A stretch of 55,777 bases of DNA, from contig JBKJTA010000041.1 in the NCBI GenBank assembly GCA_046594315.1, positions 1 to 55,777 of the forward strand. The letters run 5' to 3'. This DNA comes from Aquihabitans sp. (GTDB lineage Bacteria > Actinomycetota > Acidimicrobiia > Acidimicrobiales > Iamiaceae). How positions within the stretch are numbered: position 1 is the stretch's first letter; each line of letters opens with the position of its first letter. The notes under the pieces are model-generated. The model had not been told where the DNA came from. It saw only the letters and a list, made by a program, of their open reading frames with translations, and did no database searches. Below, piece by piece: positions 37,795 to 47,283 of the stretch. The translations under genes were made by a program, and so were the position numbers.

Positions 37795-37921
37795 GGGTGA
37801 GACGGTACGCCTGGGGTGTTGCCGCCGGTCGTCGGTCACGTTCACGGGGGGTAACCATCGCCTGAACCCTTGCTGTCTCGTCGGGGCGGAGTTGGCGACC
37901 GCGACGCCTACGCTCGCCGCC

Positions 37922-38356
37922 GTGCCCGTGACCGTGGAGACCGCAACCGAGGTGACCGACGAGCTGGTCGATGCCTTCGCCCGCCTCATGCCGCAGCTCT
38001 CGCGGTCGTCGCCGGTGCCCGACCGGGCCGTGCTCGCCGAGATCGTGGCGGCACCGGCCACCCGCCTGTTGGTCGCCCGGGCCGACGACGGCTCGATCCT
38101 CGGCTCGCTCACGCTGGTGTTGTTCCGCATCCCCACCGGGCTGCGGGCGTGGATCGAGGACGTGGTGGTCGACGACGCCGCCCGTGGCCAGGGTGTCGGC
38201 GAAGCCCTCAACCGCTACGCCATCGACGTGGCCGCCGAACATGGCGCCCGCTCGGTCGACCTCACGTCCCGCCCCTCACGGGAATCGGCCAACCGCCTCT
38301 ACCGCCGCCTCGGCTTCGAACCCCGCGAGACCAACGTCTACCGCTACAACGGCTGA
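37922..38356 (+). CDS. GNAT family N-acetyltransferase
   Basis: IEDVVVD..RGQGVG and ANRLYRRLGF. Confidence 0.92.
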   Translation: MPVTVETATEVTDELVDAFARLMPQLSRSSPVPDRAVLAEIVAAPATRLLVARADDGSILGSLTLVLFRIPTGLRAWIEDVVVDDAARGQGVGEALNRYAIDVAAEHGARSVDLTSRPSRESANRLYRRLGFEPRETNVYRYNG

Positions 38357-38424
38357 CGCCCGTCCCGTCGCCTCGGCACCCGCCAGCCGCCCACCCCAAC
38401 CGCCCCGGGCCCACCCCAACCGAT

Positions 38425-38475
38425 CGAAGTTGTCGCAGTTATCGCCCCCTGGGGCACTTAACTACGACAACTTCG
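38425..38475. repeat. 51-bp palindromic (REP-like) element, copy 1
   Basis: CGAAGTTGTCGCAG...CTACGACAACTTCG followed by TGGGG. Confidence 0.8.
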
Positions 38476-38941
38476 TGGGGGTGGGGGTGGGGGTGGAGGT
38501 GGAGGTAGAGGCCAGGAGGTCGCCGCGTTCGATCTGGGTGAGGAGGCTGGCGGAGTCGAGGTAGACGCGCTCGTTGGTGATGCGGTCCCCCTCGAAGAAG
38601 AACACCGCGATCACTGGGACACGGAACGTCTTGCCGGTGGGTTCCTTCCCGTAGAACTCGCCGAGGTTCGTGCCGAGAAGGTCGAACTCGGTGATCACGG
38701 TGTCATCGGCGACGTGGATGCGAACATTTTCGTGGCGCTGATCGGGGAACGCGGTGCGCTGGGCTCGGTGGTAGGCGAGCACCTCCTCGTCGCCATCGTG
38801 CACCGCGCCTGTGGGGATGATCTCGTAGCGGGGGTGACCGTTGAAGGTGGCCAGCGTGCGGTCGAACTCCTTGTCGACCTCCGATCGGAAGTGCTCGTCG
38901 ATGATGGCGAGCCGTCGCTGGCGAAGGTCCTCGGAGATCAT
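38462..38941 (-). CDS. SnoaL-like ester cyclase / NTF2-like protein
   Basis: RTAFPD, GTNLGEF, PTGKTF and ITNERVYLD. Confidence 0.88.
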   Translation of the reverse strand: MISEDLRQRRLAIIDEHFRSEVDKEFDRTLATFNGHPRYEIIPTGAVHDGDEEVLAYHRAQRTAFPDQRHENVRIHVADDTVITEFDLLGTNLGEFYGKEPTGKTFRVPVIAVFFFEGDRITNERVYLDSASLLTQIERGDLLASTSTSTPTPTPTKLS

Positions 38942-39033
38942 CGGGGTCACATCCTGTGAGTAGGCGGCGGGCAGTGCGGGTGATCTTGTCAGGTGGGTGA
39001 ATCGCGGGTCGTGCGACCAAGTAGACAGACCCG

Positions 39034-39699
39034 ATGGCCACGCAGGACCCGACCCGACCGATCGAAGCGGTGCTGTTCGACTTCGGCGGGGTGTTCATCA
39101 ACTCGCCCTTCGCCGCCGCCGCAGAGGCGGCCGACAAGCTGGGCGTGCCGGAGGACGAGATGCTCGGCCTGGTGTTCGGGCCAGACGTGGACGGCGACCA
39201 TCCCTGGCATCGGCTGGAGCGCGGTGAGCTGAGTTTCGCCGACGCGAACGCAGCGATCGCCGAACTGGCCCAGGCGGGTGGCCGGGGCCGAATCGAGCCC
39301 ATGGAGGTGCTGGCGGCCATGGCCGCTGGCTACGGGGTGCGCGAGTTCATGGTGGAGCTCGTGCGGGAGCTACGGGCCCAGGGCCTGGCCACGGGCATCA
39401 TCACCAACAACATCGCCGAGTTCGGCGAGGCGTGGCGGGCGATGATCCCGGTCGACGAGCTGTTCGACGACATCGTCGACTCCTGCGAGGTCGGGCTCCG
39501 CAAGCCCGATCCAGAGATCTACCTCATGGCCTGCGATCGGTTGGGCGTGGCGCCGGCGGCCGCCGCATTCATCGACGATCATCGGGGCAACGTGGCCGCG
39601 GCCGGTGCCGTTGGCCTGCGGGCCGTGTGGTGCGGCCTGTCCGTCGAGAGCACGCTCGCTGCCGCTCACGAGCTGCGCGCCCTCGTCGCCGGGAGCTGA
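39034..39699 (+). CDS. HAD family phosphatase
   Basis: FDFGGV, ITNN, RKPDPEIY and FIDD. Confidence 0.9.
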   Translation: MATQDPTRPIEAVLFDFGGVFINSPFAAAAEAADKLGVPEDEMLGLVFGPDVDGDHPWHRLERGELSFADANAAIAELAQAGGRGRIEPMEVLAAMAAGYGVREFMVELVRELRAQGLATGIITNNIAEFGEAWRAMIPVDELFDDIVDSCEVGLRKPDPEIYLMACDRLGVAPAAAAFIDDHRGNVAAAGAVGLRAVWCGLSVESTLAAAHELRALVAGS

Positions 39700-39806
39700 G
39701 CCGCGCCGGGCAGGTCCCGAGCGCCCGTGGTGGGCTGGAAATCGGTCGCTCCCACCCGCCGAACCCAGCCCAGTTCGACGGCGGACTGGCACCTACGCTG
39801 ACCGCC

Positions 39807-40274
39807 ATGGCAGACCCATCTCCGTCGGTGCACCTCGGCACCACGCTCTTGGCAATCGGCAACAACACCGGCATCGAGGTTTCACCCGAGCTGGTCGAGC
39901 AGCTCGGCGGCGGCAAGCGACCGCAGGTCACCGTGGATCTCAATGGCTATGGCTTCCAGACCGCGATCGGGGTGATGTCGGGCCAGCAGCCGGTGCCGGT
40001 GAACGCGTCCATCCGGAAGGCCACCGGCCTGGCCGGCGGCGACCCCATCACGGTCACCCTGACCGCCGATGCCGCGCCTCGAACGGTCGTGGTGCCCACC
40101 GATTTCGCGGTGGCCATGGACGCAGCTCCGGGGACGCAGGCCTTCTTCGACGGGCTGGCCACCAGCATCCAGCGGTTCCACATCGACAACGTCAACGGCA
40201 CCAAGAACCCCGAGACCCGCGCCCGCAGGGTCGAGAAGGCCGTGGGGCTCTTCCTGGCCGGAAAAAAGCGCTGA
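39807..40274 (+). CDS. DUF1905 / YdeI-OmpD-associated family protein
   Basis: TGIEV..LGGGKRP.V, V.VP.D and K.PETRARR. Confidence 0.8.
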   Translation: MADPSPSVHLGTTLLAIGNNTGIEVSPELVEQLGGGKRPQVTVDLNGYGFQTAIGVMSGQQPVPVNASIRKATGLAGGDPITVTLTADAAPRTVVVPTDFAVAMDAAPGTQAFFDGLATSIQRFHIDNVNGTKNPETRARRVEKAVGLFLAGKKR

Positions 40275-40275
40275 C

Positions 40276-41139
40276 ATGCCCGATGATGCAAACGATCGCT
40301 CCACGGAGATCGAGCTCGGCGAGGTCACGGCGAACGGGCTGACCTTCAACGTTCGCCTCGCCGGACCAGAGGACGGTGATCCGGTCCTGTTGCTGCACGG
40401 CTTCCCGCAGTCGTCGCTCGAGTGGGAGGCGCAGCTCCGGGCGCTCGCGAGTGCTGGCTACCGGGCCATCGCGCCCGATCAACGGGGCTACTCGCCGGGG
40501 GCCCGGCCGGAGGCGGTCGAGGACTACGCGATCGACCATCTGCTGGCCGACGTCACGGCGATCGCCGCCGCGTTCGGCCACGCCACGTTCCACCTGGTGG
40601 GTCACGACTGGGGTGGGTTCGTGGCATGGGCCTACGCCTGGCGGCACCCCGAGGTGGTTCGCACGCTCACCATCGTGTCGGTCCCTCACCCCGCGGCCTT
40701 CGCCTCTGTCTACGCCTCCGACCCGGAGCAGCAGACGAAGTCGTCCTACCTCGACTGGCTGCGCAACGACCCCGAGGTGGAGGCCGTCATGTTGGCCAAC
40801 GACGGCGAGGGCTTCCGTGCCGGCCTGACCGGGGCGCCGGATTCGGCCATCGACGAGTACGTCCGACTGCACAGCCAACCCGGCGCGCTGTCGGCGGCCA
40901 TCAACTGGTACCGGGCCATGGTGCCGGGCTTCGTGGGGACGCTCGGTCCCATCAGCCAGCCGACGCTCTATGTATGGGGCAGTGAGGACATCGCCCTCGG
41001 GCGGCTGGCCGCCGAGGCCACCGTGGATCACGTGGCGGGCCCGTACCGCTTCGAGGTGTTCGAGGGGGTCTCGCACTGGATCCCCGAAGAGGTCCCGGAC
41101 CAGTTGAACGAGCTGCTCCTGGAACACCTGCGGTCCTGA
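40276..41139 (+). CDS. Alpha/beta hydrolase (epoxide hydrolase type)
   Basis: LHGFP, DQRGYS, GHDWG, NWYRA and SHW. Confidence 0.9.
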   Translation: MPDDANDRSTEIELGEVTANGLTFNVRLAGPEDGDPVLLLHGFPQSSLEWEAQLRALASAGYRAIAPDQRGYSPGARPEAVEDYAIDHLLADVTAIAAAFGHATFHLVGHDWGGFVAWAYAWRHPEVVRTLTIVSVPHPAAFASVYASDPEQQTKSSYLDWLRNDPEVEAVMLANDGEGFRAGLTGAPDSAIDEYVRLHSQPGALSAAINWYRAMVPGFVGTLGPISQPTLYVWGSEDIALGRLAAEATVDHVAGPYRFEVFEGVSHWIPEEVPDQLNELLLEHLRS

Positions 41140-41196
41140 GCGACCCTGAGTCGCGCCGTGTCCCAGCGAAGCCGGGGCGATCAGCGGGGCGGGTGC

Positions 41197-42093
41197 TCAG
41201 ATCCGTTCGAGGCCGGCACCATCGAAGATGGGCTGGATCCCGAACGCCTCGGCATCGGCGTCCAGCTCGGCGCCGGTCGGGGCAGACCCGCCCGGCCCGG
41301 CGGACCCGGCCGCCTCGGCGGCCTCGAGGGTGGTCCGCAGGAGTCGGGCATCGCTCGAGGTGTTCAGGAAGACCCCGGGACGGGCCAGCACGAAGCGCAC
41401 CGCCCGGTCGATGGCGGCCGGGTCGGTGAGGGGCTCGTACCAGCTGAACCGGCGGGTCACCTCGGGCGACCAACGCCGTCGCGCCACGGACTTGATCGTC
41501 TGCACGGCCACGTTCTGGTCGGCACAGGTCTCGAGCAGGCGCTCCACGTCTCGGCGATAGCTGTCGATCCCCAGGAGCGAGTGGTTGTAGGGGAGGAGCA
41601 CCGAGTCGAAGGCGAAGCGCTCCAGGCTGCGCTGGTGCATATCGGCGATGCGGGTGCCGTGGCCGGTGACGCCGATGAAGCGCACCAGTCCTTCCTCGCG
41701 GGCCTGCACCAGCGCCTCCACCGCGCCGCCTTTGTTGTGGGCCACCTCCCACTCGTCGGGTTCCACCAGGTTGTGCAGCTGGATCAGGTCGACCGAGCCG
41801 ACCCCGAGCCGGTCGAGTGATCGCTCGAGCTCGGCTCGGGCACCGTCCCCGGTGCGTTCGCCGGTCTTGGTGGCGAGGAAGAAGCGGTCGCGGAACACGG
41901 CCATCCAGGGCGCCAGGCGGAGCTCGGAATCGCCATACATCGCGGCGGTGTCGATGTGGTTCACCCCGAATTCGAGCAGCAGTGCCAACTGTTCGTCGGC
42001 CCGCTCCTGGGTCATGGCCCCGAGGGCGGCGGCCCCGAAGATGACCCGGCTGCTCTGATGGCCCGTGCGCCCGAACTGTGCGTCGTCGATCAC
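41197..42093 (-). CDS. Aldo/keto reductase
   Basis: [18 protein letters not shown] and RFIGVTGH. Confidence 0.92.
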   Translation of the reverse strand: MIDDAQFGRTGHQSSRVIFGAAALGAMTQERADEQLALLLEFGVNHIDTAAMYGDSELRLAPWMAVFRDRFFLATKTGERTGDGARAELERSLDRLGVGSVDLIQLHNLVEPDEWEVAHNKGGAVEALVQAREEGLVRFIGVTGHGTRIADMHQRSLERFAFDSVLLPYNHSLLGIDSYRRDVERLLETCADQNVAVQTIKSVARRRWSPEVTRRFSWYEPLTDPAAIDRAVRFVLARPGVFLNTSSDARLLRTTLEAAEAAGSAGPGGSAPTGAELDADAEAFGIQPIFDGAGLERI

Positions 42094-42144
42094 GGCGGCG
42101 ACCCTACCGGGGTCCGGCTGCGCCCGTCCGGGGAAGGCCCACCC

Positions 42145-42873
42145 TCAGACGCCGGCCCAGAACTCGGTGAGGACGGCAGCCACGTGGTCGGTGGCGTCGA
42201 GCATCCAGAAGTGACCCGAGTCGGGCAGCACAGCCACCGACGCGCCGGTGCGTGCGGCCAGGCGCGTGACGCGTTCGGCCGACCGGAACGGATCCTGCAG
42301 CGACTCCATGAGGAGCCCGCGGCCCTGGATCGAATCGATGCCCGGACCCCAGTCGTTTCCCAGATCGGTGGCCGAGCGATAGAGCGCCAAGATGGCCTTG
42401 CCCATGGTCTGGTCGAGGCTCTCGGCCATGGTGGTGGCCCCGGATTCCGGCACGCCCACCGTCCTCAGGATCGCGGCCCGGTCTGCGGTGGAGGCAGCGA
42501 GCAGCCCGTCGATGAGGGCCTCGCCATCGCCGGGGGTCTGCCAGGCCTTGGCGGTGTCGTGCCACTTGAAGTCGGGTCCCAGGTCGCCCATGTCGGAGAC
42601 CCAGGTGCGCACGTTGGCCGGCCGGTCCGCCAACACCCGCAGGGCGAGGATCGCGCCCCAGTCGTGGGTGACCAGGTCGACGTCGTCGAAAGTGGCCAAC
42701 TCGCCGGCGAACCACTCCGCGTAGGTCTCCATGGTGGCGTCGAAGCCGTCGGGCAGCGGCGAACCGAACCCGGGCAGGCCGAGGAGCACGATGTCGTCTC
42801 GCTCGAGCCGGTCGACGAGTGGTTGCCAGACGGTCGTGGTCTCGGGGACGCCGTGGACGAACAGCGCGGTCAT
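42145..42873 (-). CDS. Alpha/beta hydrolase
   Basis: FVHGVPE, HDWG and GHFW. Confidence 0.88.
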   Translation of the reverse strand: MTALFVHGVPETTTVWQPLVDRLERDDIVLLGLPGFGSPLPDGFDATMETYAEWFAGELATFDDVDLVTHDWGAILALRVLADRPANVRTWVSDMGDLGPDFKWHDTAKAWQTPGDGEALIDGLLAASTADRAAILRTVGVPESGATTMAESLDQTMGKAILALYRSATDLGNDWGPGIDSIQGRGLLMESLQDPFRSAERVTRLAARTGASVAVLPDSGHFWMLDATDHVAAVLTEFWAGV

Positions 42874-42920
42874 GGTGCCGACCGTACCCGCCTCGCCGAA
42901 CGACTGACGGGCCGATGGGC

Positions 42921-45314
42921 TCAGCGGCCGGCGCCCACCAGCTCCGACTCGCGGTCGTCGTCGGCCGGCTCGTCGGGTGCGCCCTCCACGTGGATCACGG
43001 GCAGGACCTTGTCGAGCCAGCTCGGCAGCCACCAGTTGCGATCGCCCAACAGCTCCATGGTCGCCGGCACCAGCACCATGCGGACGATGGTGGCGTCGAG
43101 GAGCACGGCGACCGCCAGTCCTGTGCCCATGAGCTTGACGACGCGGTTGTTCTCGAGCAGGAACGACCCGAACACCACCACCATGATCAGCGCCGCGGCG
43201 GTGATCACCCTGGCGGTCACCGCCAGCCCATCGGCCACCGCCTCGGCGTTGTTGCCGGTGCGGTCGTACTCCTCCTTCATGCGAGAGAGGAGGAACACCT
43301 CGTAGTCCATGGACAGGCCGAAGACGATGGCGAACAGCATCATCGGGATGAAGGGCTCGATCGGGGCGGCGGCGATGCCGGTGATCGAGGACATCCATCC
43401 CCACTGGAACAGCGCCACCACCACCCCGTAGGCCGCGCCGATCGACAGCAGGTTGACCACCACGGCCTTGAGCGGCACGAGGACCGAGCGGAACACGGCC
43501 ATCAGCAGCAGGAACGAGAGCCCGAGCACCGCCGAGAAGAACGCGAGGTAGCGCGACCCGAGGTAGTCGGAGAAGTCGATCCCGACGGCGGTGAAGCTCG
43601 TGACCAGGACATCGACACCCGGGCCCTTGGTGGCGGGATCGAGCGCGTCGCCCCGTAGGGAACGGACGAGTTCTTCGGTGGCCTTGTCCTGGGGGGCGGT
43701 CGTGGGGGTGGCGAACCAGCGGGCCACGGTGCGGTCCTTGCTGATGAACGCGGCGTTCTGCTGGACCGGTGCGCCCGGCGTGGGACCGGCCACGTCGGCA
43801 ACACCCTGGGTCTTCCCGATCTGTTGGGTGATGGCGCCCAGCTGTGCGTCGGTAGCGGCCTTGGGCAGTTCGGCCACGAGGATCAGCGGCCCGTTGAAGC
43901 CGGGACCGAACGCCCGGGCGAGGAGGTCGAAAGACTCGCGGGTGTCGGTGCCCTTGGGGTAGTTGCCCTCGTCCGAGAAGCCGAGGCGGATGCCGAGCAC
44001 CGGCACAGCCAGCACCACCAGCACCAGCAGCCCACCGAGCGCCGTGAACCAGGCGTGGTGCTGGACGAAGCGGCTGTAGCGGTACCAGAAGGTCTCGCGG
44101 GGCGGCTTCTGTTTCCGGGGTGCCAATGGCTGCTTGAGGACGGGGAGGAAGAACCCCGCGACGATGGTGAGGAGGGCCACCACGAAGAGGGCCAGCGCCA
44201 CCGGCGAGGGGGCGCCCAGCCCGAGCGCGACCATGCCTGCGGCCACCAGGCCGGCGGCGAAGAGCCCCCGGCGGCGGGTCACCTCGAGTCGGTTGCCGGC
44301 CAGGCCGAGCAGGGCCGGGAGCAGGGTGAGGGAGGCGGCCAGCGTGAACACCACGGCGATGGCGGAGCCGATGCCGATGCCCCGGATGAAGCCGAGGCCC
44401 ATGACCAACATGCCCAACACCGAGATGACCACGGTGATGCCGGCGAACAGCACCGCCCGCCCCGCAGTGTCGAGCGCGTGGCCCGCAGCCGCCTCGGGCT
44501 CCATCCCCTTGTGCAGGTCTTCCCGATAGCGGGTGACGATGAACAGGGCGTAGTCGATCCCCACCCCCAGGCCGAGCATGACGCCCACGGTGGTGGTGAA
44601 CTCCGGCATGGGGATCAGGTTCGAGACGATCCCCACGGTGGAGATCCCGGCGGCGATGCCGGCCAACGCCATGCCGATCGGCAGGCCCATGGCCAGCACC
44701 GAACCGAAGGCGATGATCAGGATCACGATGGCGAAGCCGATGCCCAGCACCTCGGACTGCGGTGCCTCGAACGTGCCGAAGAACTGCCCGCCGAGATAGG
44801 TGTGGCGGAGGCCGGGCGCCTCGGGCATGTCCTTGCGGATGTTGGTCACCCAGCGGACCGAGTCGGCGTTCTGCGCGTCGGCCGGCAGGTTCACGGTGGC
44901 GTAGGCCACGCGGCCTGCGAGGGCGCCCTTGCTGGCGATTTGGCGCGGGTTGTCGTACGGGCTCTGGACGGTGAGTTCACCGGGCCGGCCGGCCTTCTCG
45001 ACTCGCTTGAAGAACGCGGTCATCTCCTTGCCGATGACGGGGTCGGTGATCTTGGTACCTGGATCGGTCTCGAAGCTGATGGTGGCCGACGCCTCGCCGG
45101 CGGTGGCTGCGCCGAACCCCTTGTCCACGAGGTCGAAGCCCCGGGTTGCCTCGCTCCGGAAGTCGCCGAAGCTGTCCGAGAACCCGGTTCCAGCGGCACC
45201 GCTGGCCCCACCGACGAGCACGATCAGCGTGATCCAGAGTCCGATGACGAGCCAGTGGCGGCGATACGCGAACGAGCCGAGCCGTCGGAGGGCGGACGGA
45301 TTGGTGGATGCCAT
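42921..45314 (-). CDS. MmpL family (RND superfamily) transporter
   Basis: GVGIDYALF..RYRE, FGPGFNGP, FGLSMDYEVF and LDATIVR. Confidence 0.93.
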   Translation of the reverse strand: MASTNPSALRRLGSFAYRRHWLVIGLWITLIVLVGGASGAAGTGFSDSFGDFRSEATRGFDLVDKGFGAATAGEASATISFETDPGTKITDPVIGKEMTAFFKRVEKAGRPGELTVQSPYDNPRQIASKGALAGRVAYATVNLPADAQNADSVRWVTNIRKDMPEAPGLRHTYLGGQFFGTFEAPQSEVLGIGFAIVILIIAFGSVLAMGLPIGMALAGIAAGISTVGIVSNLIPMPEFTTTVGVMLGLGVGIDYALFIVTRYREDLHKGMEPEAAAGHALDTAGRAVLFAGITVVISVLGMLVMGLGFIRGIGIGSAIAVVFTLAASLTLLPALLGLAGNRLEVTRRRGLFAAGLVAAGMVALGLGAPSPVALALFVVALLTIVAGFFLPVLKQPLAPRKQKPPRETFWYRYSRFVQHHAWFTALGGLLVLVVLAVPVLGIRLGFSDEGNYPKGTDTRESFDLLARAFGPGFNGPLILVAELPKAATDAQLGAITQQIGKTQGVADVAGPTPGAPVQQNAAFISKDRTVARWFATPTTAPQDKATEELVRSLRGDALDPATKGPGVDVLVTSFTAVGIDFSDYLGSRYLAFFSAVLGLSFLLLMAVFRSVLVPLKAVVVNLLSIGAAYGVVVALFQWGWMSSITGIAAAPIEPFIPMMLFAIVFGLSMDYEVFLLSRMKEEYDRTGNNAEAVADGLAVTARVITAAALIMVVVFGSFLLENNRVVKLMGTGLAVAVLLDATIVRMVLVPATMELLGDRNWWLPSWLDKVLPVIHVEGAPDEPADDDRESELVGAGR

Positions 45315-45419
45315 GGGGGAGCCTTCGAACGGGGGTGGGAGGGCGGAGACGAATGTCAAGTCTCGCCGGTGGGGCTCCGGCTGAGGTAGTGCCGTCGGGC
45401 ACACCGGCCGCGTCCCGGT

Positions 45420-47177
45420 TCAGTCCTTCGCGTCGGACCAGCGGGTGATCACGCTGGTGTCGGCCACGAAGCGGACCGAGCGGTCTGGTGTCCAGCGTGC
45501 CGCGGCCTCCTGCAAGGCTTCGTCGACCATGGCTGCTGCCGCGTCGGCGTTCGCGGTCGGCGCATGCACCAGCAGTTCGTCGTGGAGGCACAACACGATG
45601 TGGGCGTCCAGATCGGCGCCCCGAGCCCGGACGGTGGCCGCCCAGACCTTGAAGAATTCGGCCGCTGCCCCCTGCACCAAGGCGTTGCGCCCGTAGCGAC
45701 CTCGGGCCGCGGCGCGGGCCCGCGCCTCCCGGTCGCCCAGGTCGTTGGCGTTGTCGGTCCCCATGCGCACGAGCCGGCCGCCGTAGGTGCGCAGGTCCTG
45801 GCTCATCTGCCCGGCCCGGTCGCCGGCCTCGAGGTAGGCCATGGCCACCGGGTAGGACGATCGGAGTCGGGGGAGCACCTGGGCGCCGTGGCCGGTGGTC
45901 TGGCCGTACATGGCACCGAGGACCGCCACCTTCGCGGTGGCTCGGTCCACCCCGAGTTGGGCGGCCACGGGGGCGTACAGGTCGGGTTCCTGGGTGGCCG
46001 CCGCCAGCGCACGGTCCGCCGAGATGGCGGCCAGCACGCGGGGCTCGATCTGGCCCAGGTCGGCCCGGACGAACACGTGCCCGGGCTCGGCCACCACTGC
46101 GGGCCGCATGTCGGCCGGCATGTTGTGGAGACCGGCCGACGCGGTCATCCGACCGGCGGCACCATCTGATCCGGACCAGGAGCCTCGGAGGCGCCCGACG
46201 GTCCCGGGGCCATCAGCCAGGTGTTCGTCGAGCCACGTGTAGCCGTAGGTGGTGGAGACCCGTTCGGCCTTGCGCCAGGCCAGTAGGGCGTCCACCAGCG
46301 GATGCGCATCGCGGAGCGCCTCCAGACGCCACGCCCGCGTGTCCGGCACCTCGATGCCCACGAACCGCAGCAGCGACTTCACCTGGCCCGGGCTGCGCAG
46401 GTCGAACCGGCCTCCGGCCGGCGCATGACGCAACACCTCGGCGTCGCGCTCCGCTCGTTGGGCTGCGGCCTCGGTCTCGTTGCGGGGCCGCTCGCCCACG
46501 ATGGCGGCCACGATGCCTTCGGCCACCGCCCGATCCATGGGCAGCCCGTCGACCGACAGCTCGGCGCACAACAGCTCGGCGGCTGATTCGGAGCGGGCCG
46601 TGGACGCGGCCCGTCCCGGGGCCGGGAGTTCGGTCAGCCGCTGGCCCTGGATCGCAGCCAGCTCGAACGCGAGCACGGCCCACCGGGCCAGCCGTTCGGG
46701 CGACGCCGCCCAGCCGCCGCCGGTCCACTCGGCCCGGAGGTGGCCGTCGGGCTGGAGCGGCCCCTCCGGATCGGCGTCGTCCTCGCTGGGCAGGCTGAAC
46801 AGGTCGAGCGGTCCCGGAGACGGGATGTCGGCCGAGGCCAGATCGTGGGCCTTGGCCCAGAGACGGGCCGGTTCGGCGTGCCAGCCACCGAACAACATTC
46901 GGTGCACGGCCACCAGGTCCCACGCCGTGGCCACCCGTAGACCCGACCGGGCGAGGACCGCTGCGGTTGCGCTCGACCACTCGACCCATCGCGGCCGCAG
47001 GTCGGCTTCCAGGGCCCGGATCACGTCGACGGGGTGGGCCTCGGCGGCGGACACCGCCAGCTGCCCACCGGGACCGGCCAGACCCAGCCCCAACCCGGGG
47101 GCGACGGCCAGCGCGAGCAGTCCGCCGCGTGCCACGCCGAGCGAGTTCGCTCGTTCCAGCACCTCCGGCACGCCCAT
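45420..47177 (-). CDS. Short family A DNA polymerase (PolA-like, no 5'-3' exonuclease)
   Basis: GRM..LHN, motif A DLGQIEPR, motif B RATAK..MYG, NALVQG.AA and motif C LHDEL. Confidence 0.9.
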   Translation of the reverse strand: MGVPEVLERANSLGVARGGLLALAVAPGLGLGLAGPGGQLAVSAAEAHPVDVIRALEADLRPRWVEWSSATAAVLARSGLRVATAWDLVAVHRMLFGGWHAEPARLWAKAHDLASADIPSPGPLDLFSLPSEDDADPEGPLQPDGHLRAEWTGGGWAASPERLARWAVLAFELAAIQGQRLTELPAPGRAASTARSESAAELLCAELSVDGLPMDRAVAEGIVAAIVGERPRNETEAAAQRAERDAEVLRHAPAGGRFDLRSPGQVKSLLRFVGIEVPDTRAWRLEALRDAHPLVDALLAWRKAERVSTTYGYTWLDEHLADGPGTVGRLRGSWSGSDGAAGRMTASAGLHNMPADMRPAVVAEPGHVFVRADLGQIEPRVLAAISADRALAAATQEPDLYAPVAAQLGVDRATAKVAVLGAMYGQTTGHGAQVLPRLRSSYPVAMAYLEAGDRAGQMSQDLRTYGGRLVRMGTDNANDLGDREARARAAARGRYGRNALVQGAAAEFFKVWAATVRARGADLDAHIVLCLHDELLVHAPTANADAAAAMVDEALQEAAARWTPDRSVRFVADTSVITRWSDAKD

Positions 47178-47206
47178 CCCCGCACCCTCCCACGCCAGCC
47201 ATCGAG

Positions 47207-47257
47207 CGAAGTTGTCGCAGGAGGTACGACACTCTCCTACCAACTGCGACAACTTCG
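47207..47257. repeat. 51-bp palindromic (REP-like) element, copy 2
   Basis: CGAAGTTGTCGCAG...CTGCGACAACTTCG followed by TGGGG. Confidence 0.8.
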
Positions 47258-47283
47258 TGGGGTTGAGCCAGGGGGAGGGTGCG

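Noticed and set aside
39731-39772. Imperfect hairpin TGGGCTGG..CCAGCCCA between the HAD and DUF1905 genes
   Set aside because: Single copy, consistent with an ordinary terminator or stabilising stem.
45420-47177. DNA polymerase as a prophage or mobile-element marker
   Set aside because: No integrase, structural or replication genes nearby and no obvious compositional shift.
38425-47257. Palindromic repeats as a CRISPR array
   Set aside because: Only two copies about 9 kb apart, no repeat-spacer array and no cas genes.
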